64,000 bases of DNA from an uncultured Gemmatimonadales bacterium (GCA_963783385.1 CAWANJ010000003.1:128001-192000), one strand, 5' to 3'; positions 10,203-20,000 are shown, numbered from the stretch's first letter. Notes: generated from the sequence alone by a model not told the origin. Numbers and translations: made by a program.

Positions 10203-10979
10203 CTACAGAGAGCGCAGAAGCTCTGAGTGTACCGCCTTCGTCTGGGGAGAGGGGGTGACGCCCAGCTCCCGGGACATCAGGGTCCGGCAGGCCTCGTACA
10301 CGCGCAGCGCCTCGGCGGCGTTCCCGGCCGCGGCGTGCGCGCGCATCAGGAGGCGGTAGCCCGATTCCCGGAACGGACGGAAGGTCACCGCGTCGCGCGC
10401 GGCTTCGACGGCGAGCGGATACTCCTCGTTCCACAGGTAGACCCGGGCCCGGCACTCCAGGGCCCGGACCAGGATGGCGGCGAGCTTCTCCCGGCGTCGC
10501 TCGAACCACCGACCCTCCTCTCCCGGGAGAAAGGGTCGTCTGGCGATGTGGTGGGCCACGGCGGAGGGTCCGTAGGCGGCCGCGGGGTCGCCGCGTTTGA
10601 GGGACGTCTCCGCCTCGTGGATGGCGTCGCTCGCCACCTCGTGGTCGATCCATGCGCCCGTGGGAAGGAGGAGCTCGTAGCAGCCGCCCCCGGCCTCGAT
10701 CGAAGCGCCAGCGCAGAGTCCGGCGCCGGCGAGCAGCGTGCGCAGCTTGCTGACGATCGAGCTCAGGGAGGCGTCCCACGACGGCGGAGGGCCGGAAGGC
10801 CACAGCGCCTCCGCTAGGGCGTCTCGCGTGACCGGCGTGCTCCGGTGGCCGACCAGGAACGCGAAAGTGGCCCGGCCCTGCGGCCCGGGAAACGCGTCCG
10901 CTTCGAAACGAGTCCCGCCCGCGTCGACCGTCATGCGGCCGGAGAGGTACACGCGCAGGGTGACGGGCTCCAAGCTCAT
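10203..10979 (-). CDS. SARP-family transcriptional activator (OmpR-type wHTH plus BTAD)
   Basis: RDALAEALWP, IVSKLR, PFRESGYRLLMRAH, ELGVTPS motifs. Confidence 0.9.
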   Translation of the reverse strand: MSLEPVTLRVYLSGRMTVDAGGTRFEADAFPGPQGRATFAFLVGHRSTPVTRDALAEALWPSGPPPSWDASLSSIVSKLRTLLAGAGLCAGASIEAGGGCYELLLPTGAWIDHEVASDAIHEAETSLKRGDPAAAYGPSAVAHHIARRPFLPGEEGRWFERRREKLAAILVRALECRARVYLWNEEYPLAVEAARDAVTFRPFRESGYRLLMRAHAAAGNAAEALRVYEACRTLMSRELGVTPSPQTKAVHSELLRSL

Positions 10980-11023
10980 TCCAAGCTCCTGCCAAACGTC
11001 CGGCAACCCCGGTTGCGTATTAT
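10970..11023 (+). promoter_or_regulatory. SARP-type direct-repeat array and -10 box for the DUF1059 gene
   Basis: Heptamers CCAAGCT (10970), CCAAGCT (10981), CCAAACG (10992), GCAACCC (11003) at 11-bp period; 8 nt later TATTAT (11018-11023). Confidence 0.7.
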
Positions 11024-11077
11024 CAACCCGTCGGCGACCGGTGACAACGGAACACCCCCCGCGAAGGGAGCCAAACG

Positions 11078-11230
11078 ATGGCGAGCAAGCAGGTGTCCTG
11101 CGACTGCGGCAAGGTCATTCGAGAGGAGACGGACGAGGCGCTCGTCGCGGCCGTGCAGGAGCACGCGAGCGACGTTCACGACATGGACCTGACCCGCGAG
11201 CAGGTCCTCTCCATGGCCGAGCCGGTCTGA
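11078..11230 (+). CDS. Small metal-binding protein (DUF1059-like), 50 aa; absent from the ORF track
   Basis: MASKQVSCDCGKVIREETDEALVAAVQEHASDVHDMDLTREQVLSMAEPV; CxC and HxxxxH; RBS AAGGGAG. Confidence 0.85.
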   Translation: MASKQVSCDCGKVIREETDEALVAAVQEHASDVHDMDLTREQVLSMAEPV

Positions 11231-11235
11231 GGGCA

Positions 11236-11266
11236 CGCCCGGCCGCCGGTCCACGGCGGCCGGGCG
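11236..11266. terminator. GC-rich hairpin between convergent genes
   Basis: 13-bp perfect stem CGCCCGGCCGCCG/CGGCGGCCGGGCG with 5-nt loop; no U-tract. Confidence 0.5.
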
Positions 11267-11332
11267 CCCGCGTCACGGGGCCGGGTTCCGGCCAGCGGCC
11301 GGGCCCAGGCCGGCTTCTCCGGGCCGCCCTCC

Positions 11333-12217
11333 CTATGCGTAGAGGATGCGCGCCACCTCCTCGAGCCGGTCGACGCCCCTGACCTCGTAGGGGAACAGCG
11401 GGACCTCCTGCATCCGGAGGTCCGGATAGGCATCGCGCAGTCGGCGGAGCTGCACCGCCTGGCCCTCCGCCTTTCGGCGCAGGAACTCGGAGTCCCGCGT
11501 CTTCACGACGTTGTTCACGACCAGTCGGTGCACGTCCAGACCGTGCGTCCGCATTTCGGCGAACGCGCCCTCGAGCTGGTCCACGGCCAGGGCCTCGGGA
11601 ATCGTGACCATCGTGAAGCCGACGCGTTCCCGCAGGAAGGCCATGCACGCCTCCGCTAGCTCCTGCCAGCGCCGCAGAACCTCCAGGATCGACTCACGCC
11701 CCTCACCCGATGTGCGGATCCGCGAGTAGATGCGCGGCGCCATCCGTAGGTGCTCGCCCAGGAGCGCCGGCGTCTCCAGGAGCGCGAGCGTCTGCCCGAG
11801 AGGCGCCGTGTCCCACACGATGCGGCCGTAGGCCCCTTCCTCCGCCAGGCGGCGGATGTGGTCCACCATGAACTCCTCGTTCAGGCCCGGGAGCACCGAG
11901 GTCATGAAGGCCACGAAGGTCGGATAGTCCACGTCCACGAAGGCGGAGAACACCGCGTACACGTCGCGTCCGAAGCGCTCGTCCCACATGCGCCGCACCT
12001 CGTCCAGGCCGAGCTCCAGGATGTCGAGCCCGGGCCGGATTTCGCGGGCTCCCGCCGGGTCGGCGCTCCGCTCCTGCCTCGGCAGGCCGAAGATATGCGA
12101 GAGGGAGGGTGTGGGATCGGTCGAGATCGCCAGGGTACGCTGGCCTCGGCCGGCGACGTGCAGGGCCGTGGCGGCGGCGCAGGTGGTCTTGCCGACCCCG
12201 CCCTTGCCGATGAACAC
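11333..12217 (-). CDS. ArsA/GET3-family ATPase, single domain
   Basis: GKGGVGKTT deviant Walker A, STDPTPSL, DTAP, VVN motifs. True start may be upstream. Confidence 0.88.
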   Translation of the reverse strand: MFIGKGGVGKTTCAAATALHVAGRGQRTLAISTDPTPSLSHIFGLPRQERSADPAGAREIRPGLDILELGLDEVRRMWDERFGRDVYAVFSAFVDVDYPTFVAFMTSVLPGLNEEFMVDHIRRLAEEGAYGRIVWDTAPLGQTLALLETPALLGEHLRMAPRIYSRIRTSGEGRESILEVLRRWQELAEACMAFLRERVGFTMVTIPEALAVDQLEGAFAEMRTHGLDVHRLVVNNVVKTRDSEFLRRKAEGQAVQLRRLRDAYPDLRMQEVPLFPYEVRGVDRLEEVARILYA

Positions 12218-12560
12218 GTGGACCGCCTGGTCCGCGGGCGGCGGCGCGAGAGGCTCGGATCGGTCGGTGGCCGGCAGGGCGATCTCCGGGCGTGAGGGGC
12301 GGCGATGCCGGGCCCCGGGGATGTCCTCTCGCGGCCCGCCGACGACGTCCCACGTGCAGCACCGCCCGTGCCACGGCCCACGCCGCGAGGGGCGCCCTCC
12401 TGTACCGGTTCGTTACGGTCCCGTCACGGGCTCGAGCGGGATGGCCGGGAAATTGAAGGATCTATGATTCCGGGTCGATCCATCACTGGACCCGAGACCG
12501 GCGGGGGCCGCAGCGTGCACTGGGCCCCCGCGAGCGAACCTCCGAGACCGCCGGGGACTG

Positions 12561-14165
12561 ATGACGAGGTCACACACCGCGGCCGCGCAGGCTACCGACG
12601 CCGGAGTGGACTTCCCGCTGCGCGTCGCCGCCATCGACGTGGGTTCGAACGCCATCCGCTACGTCGCGGCGGAGTTCGCCTCCCCCGGGGACTTCGTGGC
12701 CATCGACGCCGTGCGCGTGCCCGTGCGTCTGGGTCACAGCGTGTTCCTCTCGGGCCACCTGGCGGAGTCGGCCATGGACGAAGCGCTCGCGGCCTTCCGC
12801 GGCTTCCGGGAGCGCATGGAGCGGGACGAGGTTGGACAGGTCCGGGCCGTGGCCACCAGCGCCGTCCGCGAGAGCCGAAACGGCGACGCGTTCATCGAGC
12901 GGGTGCGGCGCGAGACGGAGATCCCGCTGGTCGCGATCACCGGCAACGAGGAGGCCCGCCTGGTGTGGACGGCGGTCCGCAGCCGGCTCGACCTCGGGCG
13001 GACCAAGTGGATGCTGGTCGACGTCGGTGGGGGCAGCGTGGAGGTCTCGCTCGTCGACGACGCGGGCCTCCTGTGGTTCGAATCCCACCGCATGGGCACC
13101 GTGCGGCTCCTGGAGGAGCTGGCCGAGCACCCGGAGTCGCCGGCGCGCTTCCGCGAGCTCCTGGCCGAGTACGCCTCGACGCTGCGTATCCCGGCCGCGG
13201 CCCGCCACTGGAACCCCGCGGGCCTCATCGCGACGGGCGGGAACATCGAGGAGCTGGCCGAGCTGGCGGGCGCCCGCCCGGACGAGCGGGGCGTGAGCCG
13301 GCTCCCTGTGTCCGACATGCGGCGGGTGATGGACCAGCTGGCGCGGATGTCGTACGCCGAGCGCATCGAGGAGCTCGGCCTGCGGGAGGACCGGGCGGAC
13401 GTGATTCTCCCGGCCGCGGTCGTCTACGAACGCCTCGCCACCCTGGCCGGCGCGCGCGAGATGGTCGTCCCGAACCTCGGCGTGAAGGAGGGCGCGCTCC
13501 TGGACCTGGTCGACGAGCTCACCACGGGTGTCGCGCACCAGGACCGCCGGGAGCGACTGGTGCGGAGTGGGGCGCTCAGTCTGGGCCGCCGCTACCTGTT
13601 CGATGAGGAGCACGGCCGCCACGTGGCGCGCCTGGCGCTGGCGCTGTTCGACCGCCTGGCGGAGGTCCACGAGCTGGGTCCGGACGACCGGCGCCTCCTG
13701 CTCGCCTCGGCGCTCCTCCACGACGTGGGCCAGTACGTCTCCTACCGGAAGCACCACAAGCACTCGGCCTACCTCATCGTGCACTCGGAGCTACCGGGCA
13801 TCGCTCCCCGGGAGCTTCCGCTGGTGGCGCTGGTGGCCCGCTACCACCGGCGCGCCGGACCCAAGGATGCCCACTACCTGTTCGGGGACCTGGACGATTC
13901 CGAGAAGGACCGCGTGATCCGGCTGGCCGCGCTCCTCAGGGTGGCCGACGCCCTGGACCGCGAGCACCTGCAGCGCGTGGGCGACATGCAGCCCCGGGTC
14001 ATGGATGGGCGCCTGGAGCTGAGGCCCGAAGGAGAGGGGGACTTCCTGCTCGAGAAATGGGCGCTGGAGAAGAAGGGAAGGATGTTCGCCGACGTCTTCG
14101 GTCTCGAGCCCGTGCTCCTCGCGCCCGACCGCCCGGTGCGGCGGGGACCCAGGCTCCGGCGGTGA
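12561..14165 (+). CDS. ppx: Exopolyphosphatase Ppx/GppA with C-terminal HD domain
   Basis: AAIDVGSNAIR, ATSAVRE, DVGGGSVE, LLHDVG, HHKHS, LRVADALD. Confidence 0.95.
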   Translation: MTRSHTAAAQATDAGVDFPLRVAAIDVGSNAIRYVAAEFASPGDFVAIDAVRVPVRLGHSVFLSGHLAESAMDEALAAFRGFRERMERDEVGQVRAVATSAVRESRNGDAFIERVRRETEIPLVAITGNEEARLVWTAVRSRLDLGRTKWMLVDVGGGSVEVSLVDDAGLLWFESHRMGTVRLLEELAEHPESPARFRELLAEYASTLRIPAAARHWNPAGLIATGGNIEELAELAGARPDERGVSRLPVSDMRRVMDQLARMSYAERIEELGLREDRADVILPAAVVYERLATLAGAREMVVPNLGVKEGALLDLVDELTTGVAHQDRRERLVRSGALSLGRRYLFDEEHGRHVARLALALFDRLAEVHELGPDDRRLLLASALLHDVGQYVSYRKHHKHSAYLIVHSELPGIAPRELPLVALVARYHRRAGPKDAHYLFGDLDDSEKDRVIRLAALLRVADALDREHLQRVGDMQPRVMDGRLELRPEGEGDFLLEKWALEKKGRMFADVFGLEPVLLAPDRPVRRGPRLRR

Positions 14166-16378
14166 GCGCTCTCCCGGACTTCGAGATCCCGTGGGCGGTG
14201 CGTCCCCGAGAGGTCCCGGCCGACGCCGGGCCGGGCGACCCGTCGCTCTTCCTGAACAGCGAGCTGAGCTGGATCGACTTCAACTGGCGCGTCCTGCATC
14301 AGGCCCTCGACACCCGCCATCCGCTCCAGGAGCGGGTGCGCTTCCTGGCCATCACGGCCACGAACCTGGACGAGTTCTTCATGAAGCGGGTAGGCGGCCT
14401 CATGCGGCAGCGCGAGGCCGGGGTCGTGCAGCCCTCGCCGGACGGCCGCACGCCCGCCGAGCAGCTAGAGCTGGTACAGGAGGCGGCGCACATCGTGTAC
14501 TCCAGGATCAGCGAGACGTGGGAGAGGGACCTGCGCGGTCGCCTGGCCGAGGAGGTCGGCCTCGTGGTCCGGGACTACGACAGCCTGGGCGAGGACGAGA
14601 AGCGCCGACTCCACGACCGGTTCCGGAGCACGATCTATCCGGTCCTCACGCCGCTGGCCGTCGACCCGGGGCACCCCTTCCCGTTCATCTCCAACATGAG
14701 CCTCTCGCTGGCCGTTGTCCTCCGGCACCCGCAGCGCGACACGGTCCACTTCGCGCGCCTCAAGATCCCCCGGAACCAGGCGCGCTGGATCGAGCTCGAC
14801 GAGCCCGGTCACGTCCTGCCGATCGAGCAGCTCGTGCGCACGCACGTGGACGAGCTGTTCCGCGGCATGGAGGTCGAGAGCGCGCACCTGTTCCGCGTCA
14901 CCCGAAACGCGGACATGCGCCGGGACGAGGAGGAGGCGGAGGACCTCCTCAGGATGATCTCCGAGGAGCTGCGCGAACGACGGTTCGCCCAGGTCGTCAG
15001 GCTCGAGATCGAGCGCTCCATGCCCGACACCGTGTTGGAGCTCCTGCTTCGCGAGCTGGACCTGACGAAGCGGGACGTCTACCGGGTGGACGGCCAACTC
15101 GACTTCTCCGATCTGCACGCCCTGGCGGACGCCAACGGCGCGGCCCACCGGTTCGAGCCCTGGGAGCCGGTCATTCCGGCCCGCGTGCTACGGGAGGGCG
15201 AGTCCGAGGACGTGCCCGACATCTTCGCGGTGATCCGCTCCGGCGACCTGATGGTGCACCATCCGTACGATTCCTTCGCCGCCACGGTCCTGCGCTTCGT
15301 CGAGGAGGCCGCCGTGGACCCGCGCGTGCTGGCCATCAAGCAGACCATCTACCGGACCTCCCAGCATTCGCCGATCGTCGACGCGCTCATCCGGGCGGCC
15401 GAGAACGGGAAGCAGGTGGCGGTCCTCGTCGAGGTCACCGCCCGGTTCGACGAGGAGGAGAACATCGAGTGGGGACAGATGCTCGAGCATGCCGGCGTGC
15501 ACGTCACGTACGGGCTCGTGGGCCTGAAGACCCACGCCAAGGTGACGCTCGTCGTGCGGGCCGATCCGGATGGCATCCGGGCCTACACCCACATCGGGAC
15601 GGGGAACTACCACTCCGGCACGGCCCGCCAGTACACGGACATCGGGATCCTCACCAGCCGACCCGAGGTCGCCTTCGACGTCGTGAACCTGTTCCACTAC
15701 CTCACGGGCTACGCGCCCGAGCAGGAGTACCGGCGGCTCATCGTGGCGCCCCGGGACATGAGGCGGCAGTGGGAGGAGCTGATCGACGCCGAGATCGAGC
15801 ACCAGCGCGAGCGCGGCACCGGTTGCATCATCGCGAAGATGAACGGCCTCGACGACGTGGGCATGATCGAGCACCTGTACCGTGCGTCGGAGGCCGGCGT
15901 GCCCGTGGACCTCGTGGTGCGCGGCATCTGCCGGATCCGCCCGGGCCTGTCCCGCTGGAGCGAGAACATCCGCGTGGTGTCGATCGTGGGGCGGTTCCTG
16001 GAGCACGACCGGATCTTCTACTTCCACAACGACGGCGCGCCGAGGTTGTTCATCGGGAGCGCGGACTGGCGGCGCCGCAACCTGGAGGGTCGCGTGGAGG
16101 CGGCGCTGGAGGTCGACGATCCGGCGATCAAGGAGCGGCTGAGGCACATCCTGGACCTGGCGCTGGTTGACGATCGGCTGGCCTGGGACCTGGCGGCGGA
16201 CGGGAGCTGGACGCAGCGACGTCCCACGCCCGGCGAGGACGCCCACAACTTCCACGAGATCCTCATGAAGGAGGCCCGCGAGCGGCGGCTCGAGGAGGAC
16301 CGGCCCTGGGAGATCGAGCCCGGGACACCGGTCGTCCGCCGGCATCCGAGGGAGGGGTCGGCGCGTGGCCGGAGATGA
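14162..16378 (+). CDS. ppk1: Polyphosphate kinase 1
   Basis: ELSWIDFNWRVL, NLDEFFMKRV, HPFPFISN, HHPYDSF, KTHAK, GRFLEHDR; GTGA overlap with ppx. Confidence 0.97.
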   Translation: MSALPDFEIPWAVRPREVPADAGPGDPSLFLNSELSWIDFNWRVLHQALDTRHPLQERVRFLAITATNLDEFFMKRVGGLMRQREAGVVQPSPDGRTPAEQLELVQEAAHIVYSRISETWERDLRGRLAEEVGLVVRDYDSLGEDEKRRLHDRFRSTIYPVLTPLAVDPGHPFPFISNMSLSLAVVLRHPQRDTVHFARLKIPRNQARWIELDEPGHVLPIEQLVRTHVDELFRGMEVESAHLFRVTRNADMRRDEEEAEDLLRMISEELRERRFAQVVRLEIERSMPDTVLELLLRELDLTKRDVYRVDGQLDFSDLHALADANGAAHRFEPWEPVIPARVLREGESEDVPDIFAVIRSGDLMVHHPYDSFAATVLRFVEEAAVDPRVLAIKQTIYRTSQHSPIVDALIRAAENGKQVAVLVEVTARFDEEENIEWGQMLEHAGVHVTYGLVGLKTHAKVTLVVRADPDGIRAYTHIGTGNYHSGTARQYTDIGILTSRPEVAFDVVNLFHYLTGYAPEQEYRRLIVAPRDMRRQWEELIDAEIEHQRERGTGCIIAKMNGLDDVGMIEHLYRASEAGVPVDLVVRGICRIRPGLSRWSENIRVVSIVGRFLEHDRIFYFHNDGAPRLFIGSADWRRRNLEGRVEAALEVDDPAIKERLRHILDLALVDDRLAWDLAADGSWTQRRPTPGEDAHNFHEILMKEARERRLEEDRPWEIEPGTPVVRRHPREGSARGRR

Positions 16379-16799
16379 GGGACTTCGGCGCCGCGGCGAA
16401 GTCCCGGGCCTGCCCGACGGGGTGAGCCCGCTGGAGCGGGCCCTGGCGCTCGCTCTCCGCGCCCACGCCGGTCAGCGGAAGCGAGACACCGACCCGTTCA
16501 TCCTGCACGACGTGGTCGAGAAGAGCGACTGGACCCTCGAGGGACTGCGAGCGCAGGGCTTCTCCGACCCGGTCGTGCGGGCCGTCGACGCTCTCACGAA
16601 GCGGGAGGGGGAGAGCTACGAGACGCTCGTGGAGCGCGCCGCCTCGAACCCACTGGCCCGGGACGTCAAGCGCGCGGACCTGGCGGACAACATCGTCCGG
16701 GCCCGCGCCGCGCTCCGGTCCGCCCCGGAGTCCAGCGAGGCCCGCGCGCGCCTGGAGCGCTACGAACGGGCCAGAGCGCGCCTCACCTGGGGTCCGTGA
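16365..16799 (+). pseudogene. Degenerate stand-alone RelA/SpoT-type HD hydrolase (internal deletion)
   Basis: AHAGQ...PFILH runs directly into DVVEK, lacking the usual intervening helices; AVDALTKREGESY and VKRADLADN retained. Confidence 0.65.
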
Positions 16800-17478
16800 A
16801 GCCACCCGGGCTGTCTTCGCTGGCCGTGAACGCCGCCGTCCGCTCCGGGCTGGCCTCGGACAGGGCTCGGCGCACACCGTCCGCGTCGAGGTTGGTTCCG
16901 TAGACGGGTGTCCCGGGCTGCTGTCCCCAGGACTCGTCCAGGCTCCCGGCATCGACCGGGTCGAAGCCCAGTTCGTCCACCAGCTCCACGACCACCGCCT
17001 TCGCGTCGGGATCGTCGCCGGCGACCGGGAGCGCGATCCGATCGGGGTCGCTCTTCGGACGACCGAGCTCCATCAGGTGGGCGGCGTGGATGTTGTTGAA
17101 CGCCTTCACCACGGGCCGGCCGAGCTGCTCGGACACCCAGCGGCTCTCGGTCATCCCCTGCTCGATGCCGGCGATGCGCCCGTCGCGCTGGCGCGGGTAA
17201 TAGTTGCCCGTGTCGACGACGACCACGTCATCCGGGACGCCCTCGAACAGGTCGTCGGGCAGGTCGGGGATGGCGGCCTCCGGGATCGTGACGATGACGA
17301 TCTTCCCGGAGCGCGCCGCCTCGCGGGCCCACACGGCGCGGGCGCCGGTCTCCCGGGCCAGGTCGGCCAGCGTCGCCGGATCCCTGGAGTTGGCCACGGA
17401 GACCTCGTGCCCCAACTCCGTGAGCCTCCGGGTGAGCGTGCCGCCGATCTGCCCCGCTCCGATGATGCCGATGCTCAT
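16783..17478 (-). CDS. NADP oxidoreductase (F420-dependent NADP reductase-like dinucleotide-binding protein)
   Basis: IGIIGAGQIG, DTGNYYP, VVKAFNNI, GFDPVDAG; ATGA overlap with PfpI gene. Confidence 0.9.
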   Translation of the reverse strand: MSIGIIGAGQIGGTLTRRLTELGHEVSVANSRDPATLADLARETGARAVWAREAARSGKIVIVTIPEAAIPDLPDDLFEGVPDDVVVVDTGNYYPRQRDGRIAGIEQGMTESRWVSEQLGRPVVKAFNNIHAAHLMELGRPKSDPDRIALPVAGDDPDAKAVVVELVDELGFDPVDAGSLDESWGQQPGTPVYGTNLDADGVRRALSEASPERTAAFTASEDSPGGFTDPR

Positions 17479-18044
17479 CGTACTGGCGCCTTCTCGCGCA
17501 GGATCCGCATGAACTCCCGCATCCAGGCCGGGTGGTCGGGCCAGGCCCGGGCCGAGACCATGGCGCCGTCCACCACCGCGGAGGAGTCCACGAACGTGGC
17601 GCCGGCCCGCTCGACGTCCGGGGCGATGGCCGGGTAGGCGGCCGTGCGCCTGCCCTCGAGGACCCCCGCTGCCGCCAGGCCGAGGCCGGCGTGGCAGATC
17701 TGGGCCACGGGCCTGTCCTCGTCGAAGAAGTGGCGCACGATGCGGATGAAGTCCGGGTCGTTCCGGATGTACTCGGGGGCGCGCCCTCCGGGGATGACCA
17801 GGGCCGCGTAGTCGGCCGGGTCCACGTCCGCGAACGCGAGATCGGCGTCCCACGAGTAGCCGGCCTTCTCGGTGTACGTGTCGAACCCGGGCTCGAAGTC
17901 GTGCACCACGAAGTGGAGCTTCTTCTTCGAAGGCGCCGCGATGTCGACCTCGTAGCCCTCCTCCAGCAGACGCTGGTAGGGGTACATGACCTCGAGCGAC
18001 TCGGCGGCGTCTCCGGTCAGGATCAGAATCTTCGGGGCGGGCAT
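17475..18044 (-). CDS. DJ-1/PfpI family protein
   Basis: ESLEVMYP, IPGGRAPEY, ICHA nucleophile elbow. Confidence 0.93.
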   Translation of the reverse strand: MPAPKILILTGDAAESLEVMYPYQRLLEEGYEVDIAAPSKKKLHFVVHDFEPGFDTYTEKAGYSWDADLAFADVDPADYAALVIPGGRAPEYIRNDPDFIRIVRHFFDEDRPVAQICHAGLGLAAAGVLEGRRTAAYPAIAPDVERAGATFVDSSAVVDGAMVSARAWPDHPAWMREFMRILREKAPVR

Positions 18045-18315
18045 CGGGGCTCCTCCTTCTCGGCTCGGCGGCTGAGGGGTCCTGGACCAGCTTCTCGCCT
18101 CCGTCCCGTTGCGATGGTCGTGCCACGGACGGACGCGGGGCGCGAGAGAGGCCTCGGTCGCGGGAGCCCGAGCGCGGCCGAGGTGAACGACCTGGAGACG
18201 CTCCCCACTCGGAACTCGGTGACGGGCGTCGCCGCCGCAAAACCTGAACGAACGGCGAGTCGTGGATTCCGGTGTCGAGGATGGCGCGGTCTCTGCCCTC
18301 GCGGAAGCAGTGCGG

Positions 18316-19167
18316 CTAGTCGAAGTGGAGAGGGTCTCTGAGGTTCTGTAACTCCCGGTAGTAGTAGAGGGGAGTCGGCCGCCTGTCCCTGAACGTCAGC
18401 CTCGCCAGAAAGGCGACCTCCTCCTCGGTCGCGGTGCCGCTGAGGGAAGGATCCTCGAGAAATGCCCGGAACCCTGGCTCCTCGGCCGGAGGTTGCCCCG
18501 GTTCCTGCTCGACGAACCCGAATCTCTTCACCGGCTCGGAGATGACACGGGGGTTCAGAACCACCTCGAGCGCGAACGTCTCGAGGTCGATGTCCCAGGA
18601 TTCGATCAGCGGGTCCAGAAAGGCGAGGCCGCTCTCAATGGACACGTGAAAGATGTCCGTGTCGAGAAATTCGAGAACGCTGACACGCATCTCTTCGTAG
18701 CTCAGTCCGCCGAGCCGAGCCACCCTGCGGAGCCACTGCTCGTCTTCCAGCTCATCCCTGGCGACTCCCCTGACCACGTCCAGCAGCTTCTGGGCGACCA
18801 GACGCTCGAGCTCACCGAAGGGCTGCCTCTCGAAGATCGCGCGCACCTGCTGTTCTTTCTCCGGATCGCACTTTTGGAGGATCGTCTCGCGGAACTCGCG
18901 GAACAGGGGGGCAGGCTCGTCGCCCAGCTGTCTCCTCAGCTCCTGCCTCCGCTGAGAATCCGCCAGCGTCGCCAGCTCCCCGTCCGGGAGCTTCAGGAAC
19001 TTCTCCATCTTCCCATAGATGTCGGTCCGGTGCGAAGCGGGCGGCGCCTTCTTGCGCGTCAGCAGTTGAGAAATGTAGGACTCCGTCACCTGGGCGGCTC
19101 GAGCGAGATCCTTCTGCTCCAGGTCCAGCTCCTCGAGGCGTTGTCGGATCACGGACGACACATCCAC
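18316..19167 (-). CDS. XRE-family HTH regulator with long uncharacterised C-terminal domain
   Basis: QKDLARAAQVTESYISQL helix-turn-helix; GGAGG RBS before GTG. Confidence 0.85.
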   Translation of the reverse strand: MDVSSVIRQRLEELDLEQKDLARAAQVTESYISQLLTRKKAPPASHRTDIYGKMEKFLKLPDGELATLADSQRRQELRRQLGDEPAPLFREFRETILQKCDPEKEQQVRAIFERQPFGELERLVAQKLLDVVRGVARDELEDEQWLRRVARLGGLSYEEMRVSVLEFLDTDIFHVSIESGLAFLDPLIESWDIDLETFALEVVLNPRVISEPVKRFGFVEQEPGQPPAEEPGFRAFLEDPSLSGTATEEEVAFLARLTFRDRRPTPLYYYRELQNLRDPLHFD

Positions 19168-19261
19168 GCGGTACCTCCCTCGGCCCCCCGGCCATGAGTT
19201 ACTTGTAATGGTTAAGTAGGAGGCTTATTTGCCGCAAGGTGTGCCTCGACTTGCTGTGTAC

Positions 19262-19290
19262 TTGACAAGTGAAGTATATCACCGTAGGTT
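19262..19290 (+). promoter_or_regulatory. sigma70 promoter of the ABM-like gene with overlapping inverted repeat
   Basis: TTGACA-N17-TAGGTT; ACTTG-A-CAAGT palindrome (19260-19270) overlaps the -35 box. Confidence 0.75.
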
Positions 19291-19347
19291 GTAATCAAGT
19301 TAAATAAACATAGTTGATCATCGGCCACCTCAACCCAGGAGTCCACC

Positions 19348-19662
19348 ATGTTTGCCCGGAACGTCACCATGCATCTCAAGCCGAATACTTCCAAGGAGTT
19401 CACTCGGACGCTCGAGAACGACATCGTCCCCATGCTTCGGAAGCAGACAGGGTTTGCCGACGAGCTCACCTTCCTCGGGCCGGACGGCACGGAAGCCGTC
19501 GCGATCAGCCTGTGGGACAAAAAGGAGAGCGCTGAGACATATAGCCGCGAGGGCTACGCCAATGTGCTGAAGGGTCTGGCGAACGTCGTCGAGGGAACGC
19601 CGGTGGTTCGTAGCTACGAAGTGTCCAACTCGACCTTCCACAAGATCGCCGCGCGCAACTAA
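19348..19662 (+). CDS. Antibiotic-biosynthesis-monooxygenase-like dimeric alpha/beta barrel protein
   Basis: MFARNV, KQTGF, AISLWDKKESAETY, YEV pattern; AGGAG RBS. Confidence 0.8.
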   Translation: MFARNVTMHLKPNTSKEFTRTLENDIVPMLRKQTGFADELTFLGPDGTEAVAISLWDKKESAETYSREGYANVLKGLANVVEGTPVVRSYEVSNSTFHKIAARN

Positions 19663-19686
19663 GGCCGAGCGATCTGTTCACGGGAG

Positions 19687-19713
19687 AGGGCGGCGTTCTT
19701 GCCGCCCTTTTTT
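19687..19713 (+). terminator. Rho-independent terminator
   Basis: AGGGCGGC/GCCGCCCT stem followed by a T-tract. Confidence 0.85.
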
Positions 19714-20000
19714 CGTTCCGGCCGGCTTTCTCACCCACGCCGACTTCGAGGACCGCGTCCCGCGGCTGCCACACCTTTGCCTGCGGCGTATCTCCGCGGA
19801 CGGCTGCCAGCTGCTGCAGGAGATAGATAGCTCGGGTCCGGTAGCGCACAGGGGCAGCCGGCGGTCCGGCGCCTCGTCGTGTCGAGGCCCGGCCGCCGGA
19901 AGGCATCCCCGACGCGGACCCACCGGATTCGGAGGGGCGGCCATGCTTCAACCGCGTCCGGTCGATCGCCGGGGTCAGCTCACGCGGAAGGAAGAAGAAG

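Noticed and set aside
16783-18240. 485-aa ORF suggesting a PfpI-oxidoreductase fusion
   Set aside because: The N-terminal half is an out-of-frame reading of pfpI; the real start is ATG 17478
19714-19990. Possible gene remnant between the ABM terminator and tRNA-Ala
   Set aside because: No start, RBS or recognisable motif supports a call
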